Source of the DNA: Raillietiella orientalis
Lineage: Eukaryota
Assembly: GCA_036172245.1 (NCBI GenBank)
Contig: JAYWIR010000004.1
Location: forward strand, 6,386,001 to 6,450,000
Direction: 5' to 3'
Length of the DNA stretch: 64,000 nucleotides
Part shown: one piece after another, positions 14,101 to 26,662 of the stretch
Numbering within the stretch: the stretch's first letter is position 1
Layout of the letters: each line of letters starts with the position of its first letter
Program-made: the position numbers and the translations under genes
The notes under the pieces: generated by a model
Seen by the model: the letters and a program-made list of their open reading frames with translations, nothing else
Told to the model about the DNA's origin: nothing
The model's database searches: none

Positions 14101-17100
14101 ATTAGGGAACTATGTATCTTTGTTAACTAAAACTCTCGTAGTTGTTTTTAAGTTACTCTTATTCAAGCAGTGATTCCATATGCTACAGCGACCTTATGCC
14201 AGTCAACTTAATCATCTCCTAGATGGAGTCTTCTAAAAACAAAATTTCACTTTAAAGTAGTGCCTGAATCACACAAAAGCCTGAGAAGGTTGATGTACTT
14301 ACTTAGGAATGAATAAGTAAAACTCAAGTAGAGTGAGATCAGAAACATTTATGCCATTTGAGTTCCATGTATCATTCATATCTAAGGAACACCATCTTCA
14401 GCATGTTATCTGAAGCAAGGATTTTGCGTCAGCTTTCTGGACCATGACTTTTATCTCAAAACGGCTGAAAGATAAGGAACGCAGTTTTTGTTTTCCGCTT
14501 CAGTTGACTCAATCAGACCCGGTTGCAATTTCTTGTGCTTTAATATGAGCAAGGTCATCGAGAATTCCTGGTTTAAGGAATTCAAAGTTCAAGCTTGAAA
14601 AATCCAATGCCTTATGCAACACTCATAAAAAATACCATTCCTAAAGATATGCACTCGGTCTCAATGAAGGAGAGAACAATGGACCCTTCGTTTCTCTTGT
14701 CAATACAACGCAAACTCGCTTTAACCATGACTCAGAAATATGAAGACTTCATAAACCACTTCCTGCTGCTTGAGGGCTGAGCTTTACAAAGTACGGCTTC
14801 ACTTCAGCAGCGAAAGAGAATCTTTAAGAAAACAATATTAAAAAGGGAAAAAAGCTGGAAGTTAATGGAATTGTCTAGTAAAGTTGCATAAACCAAAGAT
14901 ACATAAAGAATTGGAAAAGTCAAGGTCGAATCTTCGATCAGTTCTTCGGAACGAAATCGTCTCGAAGATAAGTACCGCTTGATGTTCTAGCAAATCTGAT
15001 TCTGCTGTAGATGTGGCCATACGAGAAACTGTTCCAGCATTCAAACCTGCAGATTTAAGCTATGCATGGATCTGTCTAGGAAAAGTAAATGCAGGGATGA
15101 AACACAAACCGAGCAAAAAAACGATGAAAGAAATAGCATTCCTAGGTCTATGACAGTGGATATGTCCCTTTTTTGTTCTAATCTGCTTCCTATTGAAAGA
15201 GCAGGTGAAAAAGCTTGGCTGTGAAAACTGGTAGAAGATGGCCTCATAGCTATATAGACTTCCGACAAAATGAAGACAACGGAAACTAAAAAGTTGAAAA
15301 GATTCTAAGAGCTGCAGAAATGTCATAGCATTTCTTTGATGTGCGATAACAAGCAGAAAAAGCTCGCGCCATTTCAAAATCACTTGTAATCAGAATGGAA
15401 ACTGTCACAACGAGATGAGGTGCGATGGATTCAGGGCTGAAAATCCTCCGAGAGCTCAAGAACTCTCCGAAAATCTGAGGACGATACCTAAACATCGGTT
15501 TTGCCTGTTTGCTTGTTCGCAATCTGCACGAACCTATCAGAGATCAATCAATGCAATTGAGGAATCAGCAAAAGTTGCACCCGAGACCTTTAGAGCTCCA
15601 AGCGTTTAAGAGTGCATCGAAACGAATGAGTGAAGCGATTTCGCTTCTTTCTCTGAACAGCAAGCAGAACAGAGAGCACCACTGGGAGGACCCAAATCCC
15701 TGTGTGTTTCGTGCAGTTTCAAACTGTTCGATCACCTCTATTTCAGTGCATGAGAGAAATGAATGGAGCAGTTTTGCATGGAGAGATTTAGGTTCCTATG
15801 CTGTTTGGAGCACTGTAGCAGTCATTTTTTAAGTCCAAGAAGGCAGCACGAGCCAATTAGGAAAAATAAGAGTTCACAACAACGGGATTGAACTCGGCAT
15901 AACTGATGCTCTCTGCAAACTAAAGGGTCAGTAACCGCCCTGCAGACCCCTCATGTCGACTACAAAGTAAACAATCAATAGGCAAAGGTACAGATCAAAC
16001 GCGGAAGATTTCCTATTTAAGTGGCCACAAGAATAAAAGGAATCTTCTTCCTCCATGATTTGATTGCCGGTATTTATAGTTTGCTAAAAGCTTGCTAAGT
16101 AGTGATTTGTGAATTCTGATTTCCAGCTCACGGGAGTCCGTTAAACGTAATCACCATAAAGTGATCCTTCGTTTATTGCGTGGCTAATATTTAGATACTT
16201 GGTTTTACGACCAATGGAACCAATTTAGATTCGTAACTTTTAAAGAAGCCTATCTGTTACTTAGTACTGCTTAATACTTAGTACTGCTTTCATTGCAACA
16301 AATACCTTAGTGCTAATTAGAAGCACTTTATTAGTTGTGGCATCATCGCAATAAATAAAAGAGAAAAACGAAGCTGGAAAGTCATTAAATCCTGCATTTT
16401 TATAGGTTGCACTAAAGCACCAGAGCTTATGTTACAAGTTTATAACTTGAAATCAGGATCGACTTGTTTCTTACATCATTCCGTATGTTTCTTAATCCAA
16501 TTGCAGTCGTTCCACTATTCGAAAGAGCATTTGCAGCACGCCACGGAACTAATATTGTCATCGATATCATGAAAATCGTTAGCACAGTAAAAGTCATTTG
16601 TGACACCATAAGAGGATTTTTTCTTAAATACTTCTTCACTCGTTGCTATGATGATTCTCATTCTCATTTTTGAAATTCTTTAAGACTTTTCCTTTGGAAG
16701 CTTCAGGAACCCAGGAGACACCGGAAAAATAAGTGAACTCCCAGCAGCTTAGCAACCCATGTACTGCTTTCAGAATGCAATGCAGCCTGACCAAGACTTG
16801 CGGCGTCATCCCATTTTCGATTTCTTCCTCTCTGGGATGGGAAGGCGTTTCTTGAGGTTGCCGTGTATCAGATCACTCGGTTCCGTCAAGTCATGAAGTT
16901 TTGTTCAGGTCGCAGTTAGACTTTTGCTAGGTTCATCCCAAGTTGGAGTCACACTTGGAGTTACCGTCCCGAAACTCTAGAAATCAAGGACACCGAGCAC
17001 TTGAGCGGTCATCTTTTTGGCATTCCAACTGTCAGCTTTCTACCTTGAGACCACTGAACCAAAAAAAACAGGAGTTTAGGACTAGAGGAGTCCTAAAGTC

Positions 17101-17617
17101 CTATGCTTTTTTTGTCAGCCTGTATGGTGAGATATGTTTTAGTGTTTTTCAGTCTGTCTGTTCGTTGAACACTCTAAGACTCCCATCATGCTAAAAGGAA
17201 AAGGCAGAGAATTTTATGAGGCTTGCATGCAGTTTTTGAGGTTTCTCTCCGCTTTTCGGAAAAGGGAGTTCGGAAGCACCTGTGGCTCGTGCCATTCGTA
17301 TTGACGAAAAAATTTCGGGCGAGTGAAGGGTTATCCCATCAGCGAAGAATAGTCGAGGGCATTTTTTTCCCACGAAATCACGGTGCCATGTGGTTGGCCA
17401 GGAGAAGGAAGCTGTTCAGAATTTGTATCCACTGGTCAGAAATTCCTGAGCCAGTGATGTTACTGTTGCTCATTCACAGTATGCTCGCTATACGTTGAAA
17501 AAAGTTAGTAGTTTTGCCTATTCTAAAGGCTCTCAATTGACGACGTGATCACTGAAAATCATTTTAGCTGACATGTTCCAAAAATACACATCAGCACTTT
17601 GTATTCGTGAATAAAAT

Positions 17618-17684
17618 GAACTCATCTTAAATTCATTGTAATTATAAGACCACAAGTCCTACGAAAAGCTTGAGATGCACTTGC
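17618..17684 (+). repeat. Dispersed 67-bp repeat, copy 1
   Basis: Ungapped match to 20473-20539 (56/67 identical by hand count), with an exact core GTAATTATAAGACCACAAGT. Confidence 0.85.
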
Positions 17685-20472
17685 GGATCCACTAAAGAGG
17701 GGGGGGGGGGGTCAGCCGTTACAAACTGGAAATAACCGTTTGAATTAGCTAATTGCTCTTTCCTCCTCGAATTAAATAGAGAGAGCTATGAAAAACAAAA
17801 GGAAGTATAATATTTTGAATTAAACTTGAACCTATTATTATGACTATGGCTGCTGCGGTTTGATCTTTCCGCTATGCTAGTTGTTCCTGCTGCTGCAACT
17901 ATTAGAAGACCCCTCTATATACGGCTCCAAAGCAGTGTAAAGTTCAAATTCCCTGGAAGAGATAAATGATGTGAAGGTAAAATCTCCTGCAAACAAAGAA
18001 ATAAAGTTGCATTTAAATTATAAGAAAAAGCATCCAATAACTGCGAATGAAGAAGCTTTCTAGATATAGTGCTATTCGTGGCAAAAATGCTTATCATAAG
18101 TTGCCACTCTTGCATTCGAAAAATGCCATGGGTTTGAAATCCGTGGTTTGCCATCAGATACACAAATGAAGTTCGATATGGCGTTCTTATTCCTATCATT
18201 AGTAAACTTAATTTTTCGTAATTTTCATGAAATTTTTATAAAATGGGATTTCTCAAACAATCCGTTTCAGTTCGATGTTACGTAGAGACGCATCTATATG
18301 ACATCATGCATCTATTGAAAGGAATAGATGTACGTTGAACGACACTTTTAGGATAAAAGAAAATTTGGAATGATTTGCTTTTTTTTTTTTCTTCCAAATT
18401 TGATGAGAACATTGGATACAAGAGGTTCAAATCTTGTCCCGCCAGAACTCAAAGCAATTGCAATGCAAGATCCCGACTTGTCCTTGGTAGTTCCTCAAAT
18501 CTAAGTGTTTGAGAAAAACTGAGCTGGAAAATTGGGGAGGAATGCCCTTCTTGAAATAAAAAGGATGGCGTAATTATCCGTTGATCGACTTTATTTTTTA
18601 TCTTCATTTCCTCTTCCTGAACGCAATCTGGAAGCAATGACGTTGGCTATTTCCTAAGGTTTTGTACATTAAATATACTTCATCGATATGCTGGCAAACT
18701 TGAATGACCTTTTGATGTATTAAAATCAAACGCCATTTTTGTGAAATGTGGAAGTTTGATAGGATGGAACGGTAAGGCATGAGCTGTAAGAAGAATGAGT
18801 AGAGAAGCAAAATCAGACATTCCTTTCAAGACGACCATTAGAATAAGGCACTGAATGCGAATGCTTCTGATCATACCAGAACTGCGAATCAAAAGCCACA
18901 TTTTCCCCATGGGAAACCATTATAGGAAAATTTTGCAAAAATGTTGAGTTCAAATTATTTTTCAAAGTCCTCGAAGCTACAAAGCCTATGAAATTCTTGA
19001 GCTTTACAGATCCAAACTGTAGTGGATGCAATTGCTTCACTCTCAGTACCACTATTCAAAAGTGATCTGTGATTCTGTTACCTTCCTGTGCGTACTGCAG
19101 ATTGTGTCACGAATCCGCCTGAAGCTAGGGACTGTTTCGGATAAATTTCGGAGATTGTTCTCAACTGGAAAAGTAAAATGAGGATGTGTGAGTAAAATAC
19201 AACTCGGAGAAACTTAAAATCAGAACTGCAAATAAGTTACTTTCAAAAAAAAAAAAAGCACCTGATGGCCAATAATAATGAATTAAGAAGAGTATAGCTG
19301 CTGCCTTCTTCATCTCCGCCGAGATGCGAAAACCATAAAATGCTTATGCACCTTTTTGCTGAAATGAGGTCCAAAATTTATGCCGGTATGAATTTATGGT
19401 AGACTTTACGATGACATTTTTGTAGGAAGAGGAAATTCTAGAATCAGTGAATGCATGCAGCTCTGCTGAATAAAAACATCAGAGATTCTATCCAAATAAA
19501 GAAACAAGCGGTGCAAATTATAAAATTCGAAAGACTTTCTCAAGAGGAGATCTGCAAAGGAAAAAAAAAAAAACACAAGCACAAAAAAATGGCATAATGG
19601 ATATTGAACCTTGTGAATGAGAATGCCGGTAAGGAAAAGAAATCTCAAACTATTTCTTAGATTTATGATTTTGTATCACTAGTATTTCGATCGTGACTCG
19701 TCACTTGGAGAGGTCATGCGTTGTGAGACCTTTTACTTATTCGCGAAAATAACGCTCCAGTTTCAAACATCTTTAGGAACGGCATATAAGTTATTTTACC
19801 GAAACAAGTTTAAGATTCACAATAAGTTCTGATGTTGATAAACTTGCTGGAAACGTGGTGCTACTGGAATGCCATTGCATCCTCACTCAATCGAGAGACT
19901 GAATAACAGTCACATCACAAATCACTCCAACAGATGCAATGTTCAGCGATCTAAAAACGACATGACTTGGATGATGGTTCTGGGAAGTTTGTTGTAAAAA
20001 CGCAGAGACGTCTGTGAAATCAAATAAATACTTGGGAAGATGCTAATGTGATGCTGCAAGCAGCGATAGCACACCCGTATCGTGCCATGATGAAGGTGCT
20101 TCTGCCCTCCTGCTTCATGTTGTTTCAAGGATGGCACTTGTAATCATCAGGCAGTGAACTCTGATCCAGCTGTTGAGACAAATGAGAGGTACCGCAAGTG
20201 GTAATCATTCATCTCCAGAGCTGTGTCTGGAAGATCACTTCTAGAATCGAAGAAAGCTAGATGGTGCCTCGGAACTTTCTGAGGAGAATATTTAGAAAAA
20301 AGCGGACAGAGGCTGAGAATAGCTTCATTTTATAGATAATACAGTCAATACGTTTACTACCCTATAAATTCGAAAAGGTAAGTATCGAAGAGGACTCATA
20401 AGAAACTTGTCCCACCTCTCCTTGAAGATGTGCTCTCAGCGCTACTAACAATTCGTAAAAGTGATCTATGAA

Positions 20473-20539
20473 GAATTCACCTTGAATTCGTCGTAATTAT
20501 AAGACCACAAGTGTTAGGAAAAACTTCAGAAGCACTTGC
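20473..20539 (+). repeat. Dispersed 67-bp repeat, copy 2
   Basis: Direct-orientation copy of 17618-17684. Confidence 0.85.
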
Positions 20540-23500
20540 CGCTGGATAGCACTAGATTCGATTCATTAAAACGCTTTTCTGAAAACGGCATTTGAACTGC
20601 AGAACTAAAACACAGCAGAAAAGCTTTCATGGATCTCTCATCCATGGTTCCATGATACGAATTATTTTTCAGAGTATTCAAATTATGAGATCAGAACGGG
20701 GGAATGAGATGAAAGATGCGTCGAATAAGCAAATAGTCCATGTTCTCTAAACATCACTAACGGAACTGAATCGTATTAACACTAGTCTTGTGTATTACTA
20801 TAGCTAATTTATTCACCGACTAAAGATGGCAGTTTGGTATCTTCAGGTACTTCTTTTTTTTTTTTTTTTTTCAAAATATTAAGCAATCAACCTGCAAATC
20901 AAACTGATTCAGCCTCGCTCGATGAGGAACGATCAACGCCAAACTCAACGAGCCCTGGTCCCTGAAGTACAGGAAAGTGTATTTCCTGAAAAATACATAA
21001 ACGCAAAATTCAATTGATTCCGGAAACCTCTCCACATGACTGTCCACATCGAAAGAAAACAAAACAAAACATGCGGCTGTCCAACCGAGAGTGTTTGTCT
21101 GGCCAGATTCTTTTGTGCAAATGTTATCGACATCCCTGATCGAAATTAGTAAGTAAAATAGAAAACAATCTATTAATAACAAGCGAAAAACTATCTACGG
21201 ATGAACTGTGCTAAATTTGCGTTCCCTCCACAAGGTCACTTTGCTTTGCTCCCGGATCAAAGATCCATCTCTTGTCTCCATTGTATTCGTGGATTCCCAC
21301 ACATATTTGATCCTATGTCAAAAAAAAATGTGATGCAGGAAAAAAAGTAGATCAAATGCGTATGATCCACATCGTTACATCCTTATTCGGACATGGGAAT
21401 CATTTCTTAACATGGAAGATTGGTCGAACTGTTGATATTGGAAAATGAAAGAGAGACCCATGCACTAAAGACGGTGAGTCGTTTCTAATCGGATTCTCGT
21501 GAGCGATCTGCCTCACAGCGCCAAGTCTTAACTGGATTAAAAACTCCGTGGAATCCCGGAAAACGTCACGAGCATCAGGTTGGTTGAGAAAACAATGTTG
21601 TGTGGACAAGCAAATGAGATGATCAGGAGTTGCAACTTCAAAATATCCGCTTTGGAATTTTTCCAATGCCTCAGACGCGTTCCGGAGATGAGAGGATCCC
21701 TTTTCCGATCACTTTCGGCCTGATGGCTGCCGCTAGTGATAAGAAAAGCAATAGTCATTTGAGTGACTCTGAAATAGTGACACGCGGGATCGTTATGACT
21801 TATGTAATCCTGGAAAACTCGCGAAATGATGGGCATGTTTAATAAAAATCCCTTCCGCAGCACGGGAGAGCAGCAAGCTGGTGGTGCAAGAAGAAAAAAT
21901 GCAGCCGTTATGAAAATCGTACCCTCGGGTAGCACAAAGGAAGCAAAAATCCAGGGACTGTTAGTAGCCGTACGAATCCGCTTCTAGAATCCTGATAGTT
22001 AACTTAGATCATATAGACGCAGTTACTTTCTACTCCAGAAATATTCGAAAGGATCACTTCAGGTGAAGTAACGGGGAGGGCAGGAGGGATGGTGCAGACC
22101 GAGACTGACAAAGAGACGAACCTGGATAAGTTCCCCTCTTTATCTTCGTTCCAGATGGTGAAGGATGTCTTCATGGAATTTCCAGAAATGGAATGATTTT
22201 TTCCTGCGGAATATAAACCACAGATTTTGAGTCCCTTGTGCTCCTGACCTTACCGTAGGAGCCTTAGAAAAAGCTCCCAGCTGGAGTTTCGAGCTCTGTG
22301 GTTGAACAAAGAACGCGTCCAGCAGAGGAATCCTATGCTCTGTCCGAACTCCTTGCTGATTCGTTCCATCTTGACTCAGTGATCTTGTTTCTCTCGGAAC
22401 AAGCCAACTCCCTCATCACCTGTAGGTTCATGGCAACGCGGAAAACGTCTTGGAGTGACCATGTCGTCATGAATTGTCCCAGGCTTTCTAATTAAAATAA
22501 ATAAATGACTTTACAAATTTTGGGATCCATGAGGAGAAGGCCTTACAAGCAACAGGAAGGTTCGACTCGTGCCGACCCGGAAGGAAAGGGTCGAAACGTC
22601 ATCAGATACAGAGCTAGGGAGGAGTACCAGGAAGAGAGGAGAGTCAGCAAATGAGCAAATAAACAGAAATGGCAATGCCTGCCGAGCGTGCCTGCTCTGG
22701 GAAGGGACATGAGAGGAGGAGGGATCCCCCAGAGTGACCCGATAAAGCTCCATTTTCTCAGGATGAGCTGCAAGAGGGATGGTCTCTACTGGGTGCTCTT
22801 CAGCTTGCGCTAACGGCGGGGTGCTCGTGACTGCTTCCTCGTAAGCAGGTGACTCTGGAACATGTGTGCTGTTTTAACTGATGGGCCAAGAGCTGTTCCT
22901 ACCACTGAAGATGCTTCGCTTTCTTCACACCTTAAAGATTTCATCTGTTCTAATCCATAAAAATGTTTGAGGAAGTAAGGGGTGAGGTGACCGTCACTAC
23001 GCTACACAGAAAACAAAGAATGGACGATAGGCACGTGGGAGCTCATGATTTTATACTTGGACGGGATGTCTCTTCAAGAGGATGCTTGAATCCAATGAAC
23101 TCGCAAGTGACTTCTTTCGGGGGCAGCTACTGCATGTCTACCATTGTGCTTCTCATTACACACATGAGGTACGTCTTTTTCAGACCATGATTTCGATTCC
23201 GATGGAAGAATTCGTTCTTGTAAGTCGTAAAATCAAAAACTTCCGGAGATTCGAAACAGCCTGCAATGTCAGACCACAATGGAATGCCCATTTCTAGGTG
23301 TGGTCTTTGGTTAGGTTCCCGTTTCCAATATGTCCATCAGTCATCATAAATATTACCAACAAAAAGCGCACAAAGGACTGCTGAAGCCCAAATTAATGAA
23401 GAGGAAAAAAAAATCCCTTTGTGATCACCACCGTCAAATAAAGTTTCAAAGTTACCAAGCAGCACACTTCTTTTCCATGCGCCTTTCGTGTAAATTTTCA

Positions 23501-24506
23501 CCATGTCTGAAGTGGATGACAGAAAAAAAGCTAAAGCATTCCAGAGTAGAAATTTCCGGGAGTTCATTTAGAGAAAACATCTAAACCTTGGAATCGGAAT
23601 GGAAGCTCATCCATGCAGAGCGAACATCTAAGCGTAAATTAGAAGAAACTTTTTTTTTTTTTTACATTTTCCTTTTTGCACTGCATAGAAATTTTTGTTT
23701 CCGTTTTATTCATGTAGAAGAAATAGATCCTCTCGTATTCAGCATGCTTCTCCGATTTATTAGAAAAATACCACCATTTTACCAAGTTGATTGTGGCAAA
23801 TCTGAAAGAGACTATCTGCCAAAATAAGTGACCTTCCCTGTCTTTTGTGTGGGAAGTAGTATTCGTAGATGTACTAAAAGTGTGCTGTACAGGTTTCCCT
23901 AGATTTCTGTGCAGTTCGACTTCTTTGTAAGTTAGTGAGCTAATGATCTTTGTCTGATCCAGTCATTCCCTGGGGTGAGTTATCTGAAAATCTATTCATC
24001 CGGAATTTCGATTTCTGATTCCCAACATTTGCGAATAACCTCATAAGTGTTCCAACTCCTTTTACCACGGTGCTAATGAATTTGTTTGGGGATTCCTTGG
24101 GAGAGTGAGTCGTCGTGTGGTCTGCACTTGCCTTCGCGGAAAACGTGTGTAGATAATGTGATGAGGAAATGATTGTGCTAATGCCGCTGCCTGGTTTGCA
24201 TTTCAGTGCTCATCAGCAAGGGAAGGTCCCCCCTGTATCAAATGAAATACGAAGCGCGTTCTCCTTTTAATTTTCGTGTGTGAATGGCACGCGCGAATGG
24301 CGCATTTTCCTGTTTCACAAGGAGCGGCGTTTTAGACGACTTTCCGTCGATAATTCCTGTTCTCGTCGTTTAGAAGAATTAAAAAAAAAAAAAAATTAGC
24401 TGCCCTTAGGAATTGCAACGCTCTTAAGAAACTCCTCAGTATGGTAGTGTACCGAACACAAGCCCTGCTTTCCTGGAGAGGTATTTTTGCCTTCCTCCAG
24501 AGATGC

Positions 24507-24516
24507 CTAAAAATAA
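24507..24516 (+). promoter_or_regulatory. MEF2-type binding site upstream of the MLP gene
   Basis: CTAAAAATAA matches YTA(A/T)4TAR exactly, about 2 kb upstream of the ATG of a muscle gene. Such motifs also occur by chance in AT-rich DNA. Confidence 0.4.
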
Positions 24517-24788
24517 CTGGTTTAAAAGTAAGATTTGAAAGAAAGATAGTAGCATTTCGCTTTTCCCGGAGAGAGGCTTGATCCCCTTTCCAACATCCGG
24601 CGAAAGAAACCGCCCTGACATGGTGCCTTGATTTCGCTTTGTGAGGTTCCATAAGCTGAGATCTTAGGAATAGAAATGCACAGCATTCTGCTTCCAGAAA
24701 CCGTAGCATGCTGATTTGTTTTGTTCCTTCAGGAAGAAAACCTCTAAGCAAACAGAAGCACAGGAAGTAGTTTGAAGGGGAACATCCT

Positions 24789-24811
24789 ACAGTCCAAACC
24801 GCACCCTCAAG
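24789..24811 (+). other. 3' end of a candidate non-coding 5'UTR exon of the MLP gene
   Basis: The ATG exon begins with an acceptor 1 nt before the ATG, implying an upstream UTR exon. A consensus donor AAG|GTGAGT is at 24812, about 300 nt downstream of the MEF2 site. The exon start is not determinable. Confidence 0.4.
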
Positions 24812-26547
24812 GTGAGTTCTTGCTTTCTCTGTGTGTTTGCTGTTTCCCGAAAACACGATTCGGGAAACGCCCGCCGCATCGCATGCCGGGATCCATCAGC
24901 GCGCGAAGAATTCCAACTCTCAAACCGTTCGTTTTCGCTTGCTCCGCGGTGGTGGAAATGATCGCCTCGACCCCCCGGTCGCATGTCCGTTTCGAAAAGC
25001 CGTTGGTCGACTGTCCCCAGGCAAACCTGGGCACGGATGCAATGGAAAATCCAAATAATCTCCATTTCGGCCTTCCGTTCAGAGGAGTTTTCCTCGATCA
25101 GATGCTGTCTCTTCTCTCTGTTTCTTTTTTTTTGTTTTCCTTTTTTCTAATCAGCGTGCAATTAAAACGAGCGAGATGAATTTTCTGGCATGGAATGAGA
25201 TTTCTTGAGAGCAGCGAAGTATTTTCGACATGCGAAACAAATCTCTTCTGAATGTATCCCGCGTGCTTCCAAAATAGGTAACGCGTCGTATTTCCGGAAC
25301 ATGTACAGCGCAACTGTACAATGCGAAAATTCGCGATGACATGATCTGATAGAAAGCTTCCTGACAGATACCACAGTTGGTTCGGATGGATGGAAACCCT
25401 GAATTGAACGTGTTGTGACTGCATTTTTCCATTTTTTTTTTTTTTTTTTTTTTTTTTTCTTCTCCTTCCCCCTCCCCACGTCAACTGTTGCTACCATTGC
25501 GGGAAGCGGAAAGTGTCGAAAGCATTGCGGTTTTTCTTGCTGAAGACCATCCTTTAGAAATGCCCCAGAGTTTGGCACCTTCGTTATCAGACCCTATCGA
25601 GCTGATGACGATCGCAGCTCTCGTTAGTTGAGGCGTATCATTTTCCGAAACCGAACAGGAATCCTCGCTTTAATCGTCGTACACGCTGAGGCACACCGCA
25701 GCGTGTACAGAGGATGGAACCTCGACTCCTGTAGAGGAGTCGTTTCGTGAACTCTTGTAGCAGGCTGATCGCATCGAAGGATGCGCAGAGCGGATAAATG
25801 ATCGCAAGAGGATCTATTGGGGCTACAAATAGCAGCACATAAAGCGCAGTAAATAATCAGAACCGAGATGTCGCTTTTGCGATTCGTTCCTGAAAGGAAT
25901 GAACATCCTCGCTATTCCCGCGGAACTCTTCCCCTCGGAGGAAATATCGCAAAATAATGCTTTCATAAAAGTGGTCATACCATGGAGTACGTTTCATAGC
26001 GGTACCGAAATGAGGAACCCCCGGTTATTCCTTTGCCACCCCCTCGTTCCACTAAAATGTTTACTCGGGCTTCGTACTGCTCGCTAGGTATAATAACTAT
26101 ACCAACGGAACGTTTCTATTTGCAACATCCGTGAAAGCGTCGAAACAGTCCATTTACGCGGTCGCTGAGAAGAACATGATGGGAACTGGGATTCAGCTTG
26201 CTGCCAGATCGGCGGACGAACACCGCGTCGGCATGGCGTCTGAAATGACGTTTTCGGAAGCCGAGGCGAGGGGAAGGCATCGAATAGGCATTTTTAGAAG
26301 TCTCCAGAAAAACAGTCCGCCCAACCATATCGATTAAGATACGTGCACATTAAGATACACGTATATGTAGGGCTCACGATCTCATCTTTTCGCGGTTTCC
26401 GTGTTAACTAGGCGACTCACAGAACACGCGGGTTTTTGGAAAGCAGTAGGGACTTAATTTATTTGATTAAAAAAAGAAAAAAAAAATGTAGATTTTCAAA
26501 TTAAGCACTCAGCTGATGCAGAATATTTGTGTTTAAGACCTTTCAGA

Positions 26548-26662
26548 ATGCCTTTCAAACCACCAGAGGTCCCCAAGTGCCCGAAGTGTGGAAAATCAGT
26601 GTACGCAGCTGAGGAAAAAGTGGCGGGAGGAAAAAAATGGCACAACACCTGCTTCATGTGCT
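26548..26662 (+). CDS. MLP coding exon 1 (start, LIM1 first half)
   Basis: tttcag acceptor ends at 26546, ATG at 26548. Encodes [38 protein letters not shown]; donor T|GTAAGT at 26663, phase 1. Confidence 0.95.

Noticed and set aside
18415..18445. GGTTCAAATC...CCGCCA resembling a tRNA 3' end
   Set aside because: No 5' half or D arm upstream.
160..24300. Many 60-170 aa ORFs in the ORF track (e.g. 2095-2460, 8587-9078, 9032-9304, 16427-16639)
   Set aside because: Mostly alternative-start ORFs with no recognisable family; I could not chain them into a consistent spliced gene.
26131..26200. QSIYAVAEK resembling the LIM motif KSVYAAEEK just upstream of the gene
   Set aside because: No flanking CxxC or WH, and no matching splice sites; probably coincidence.
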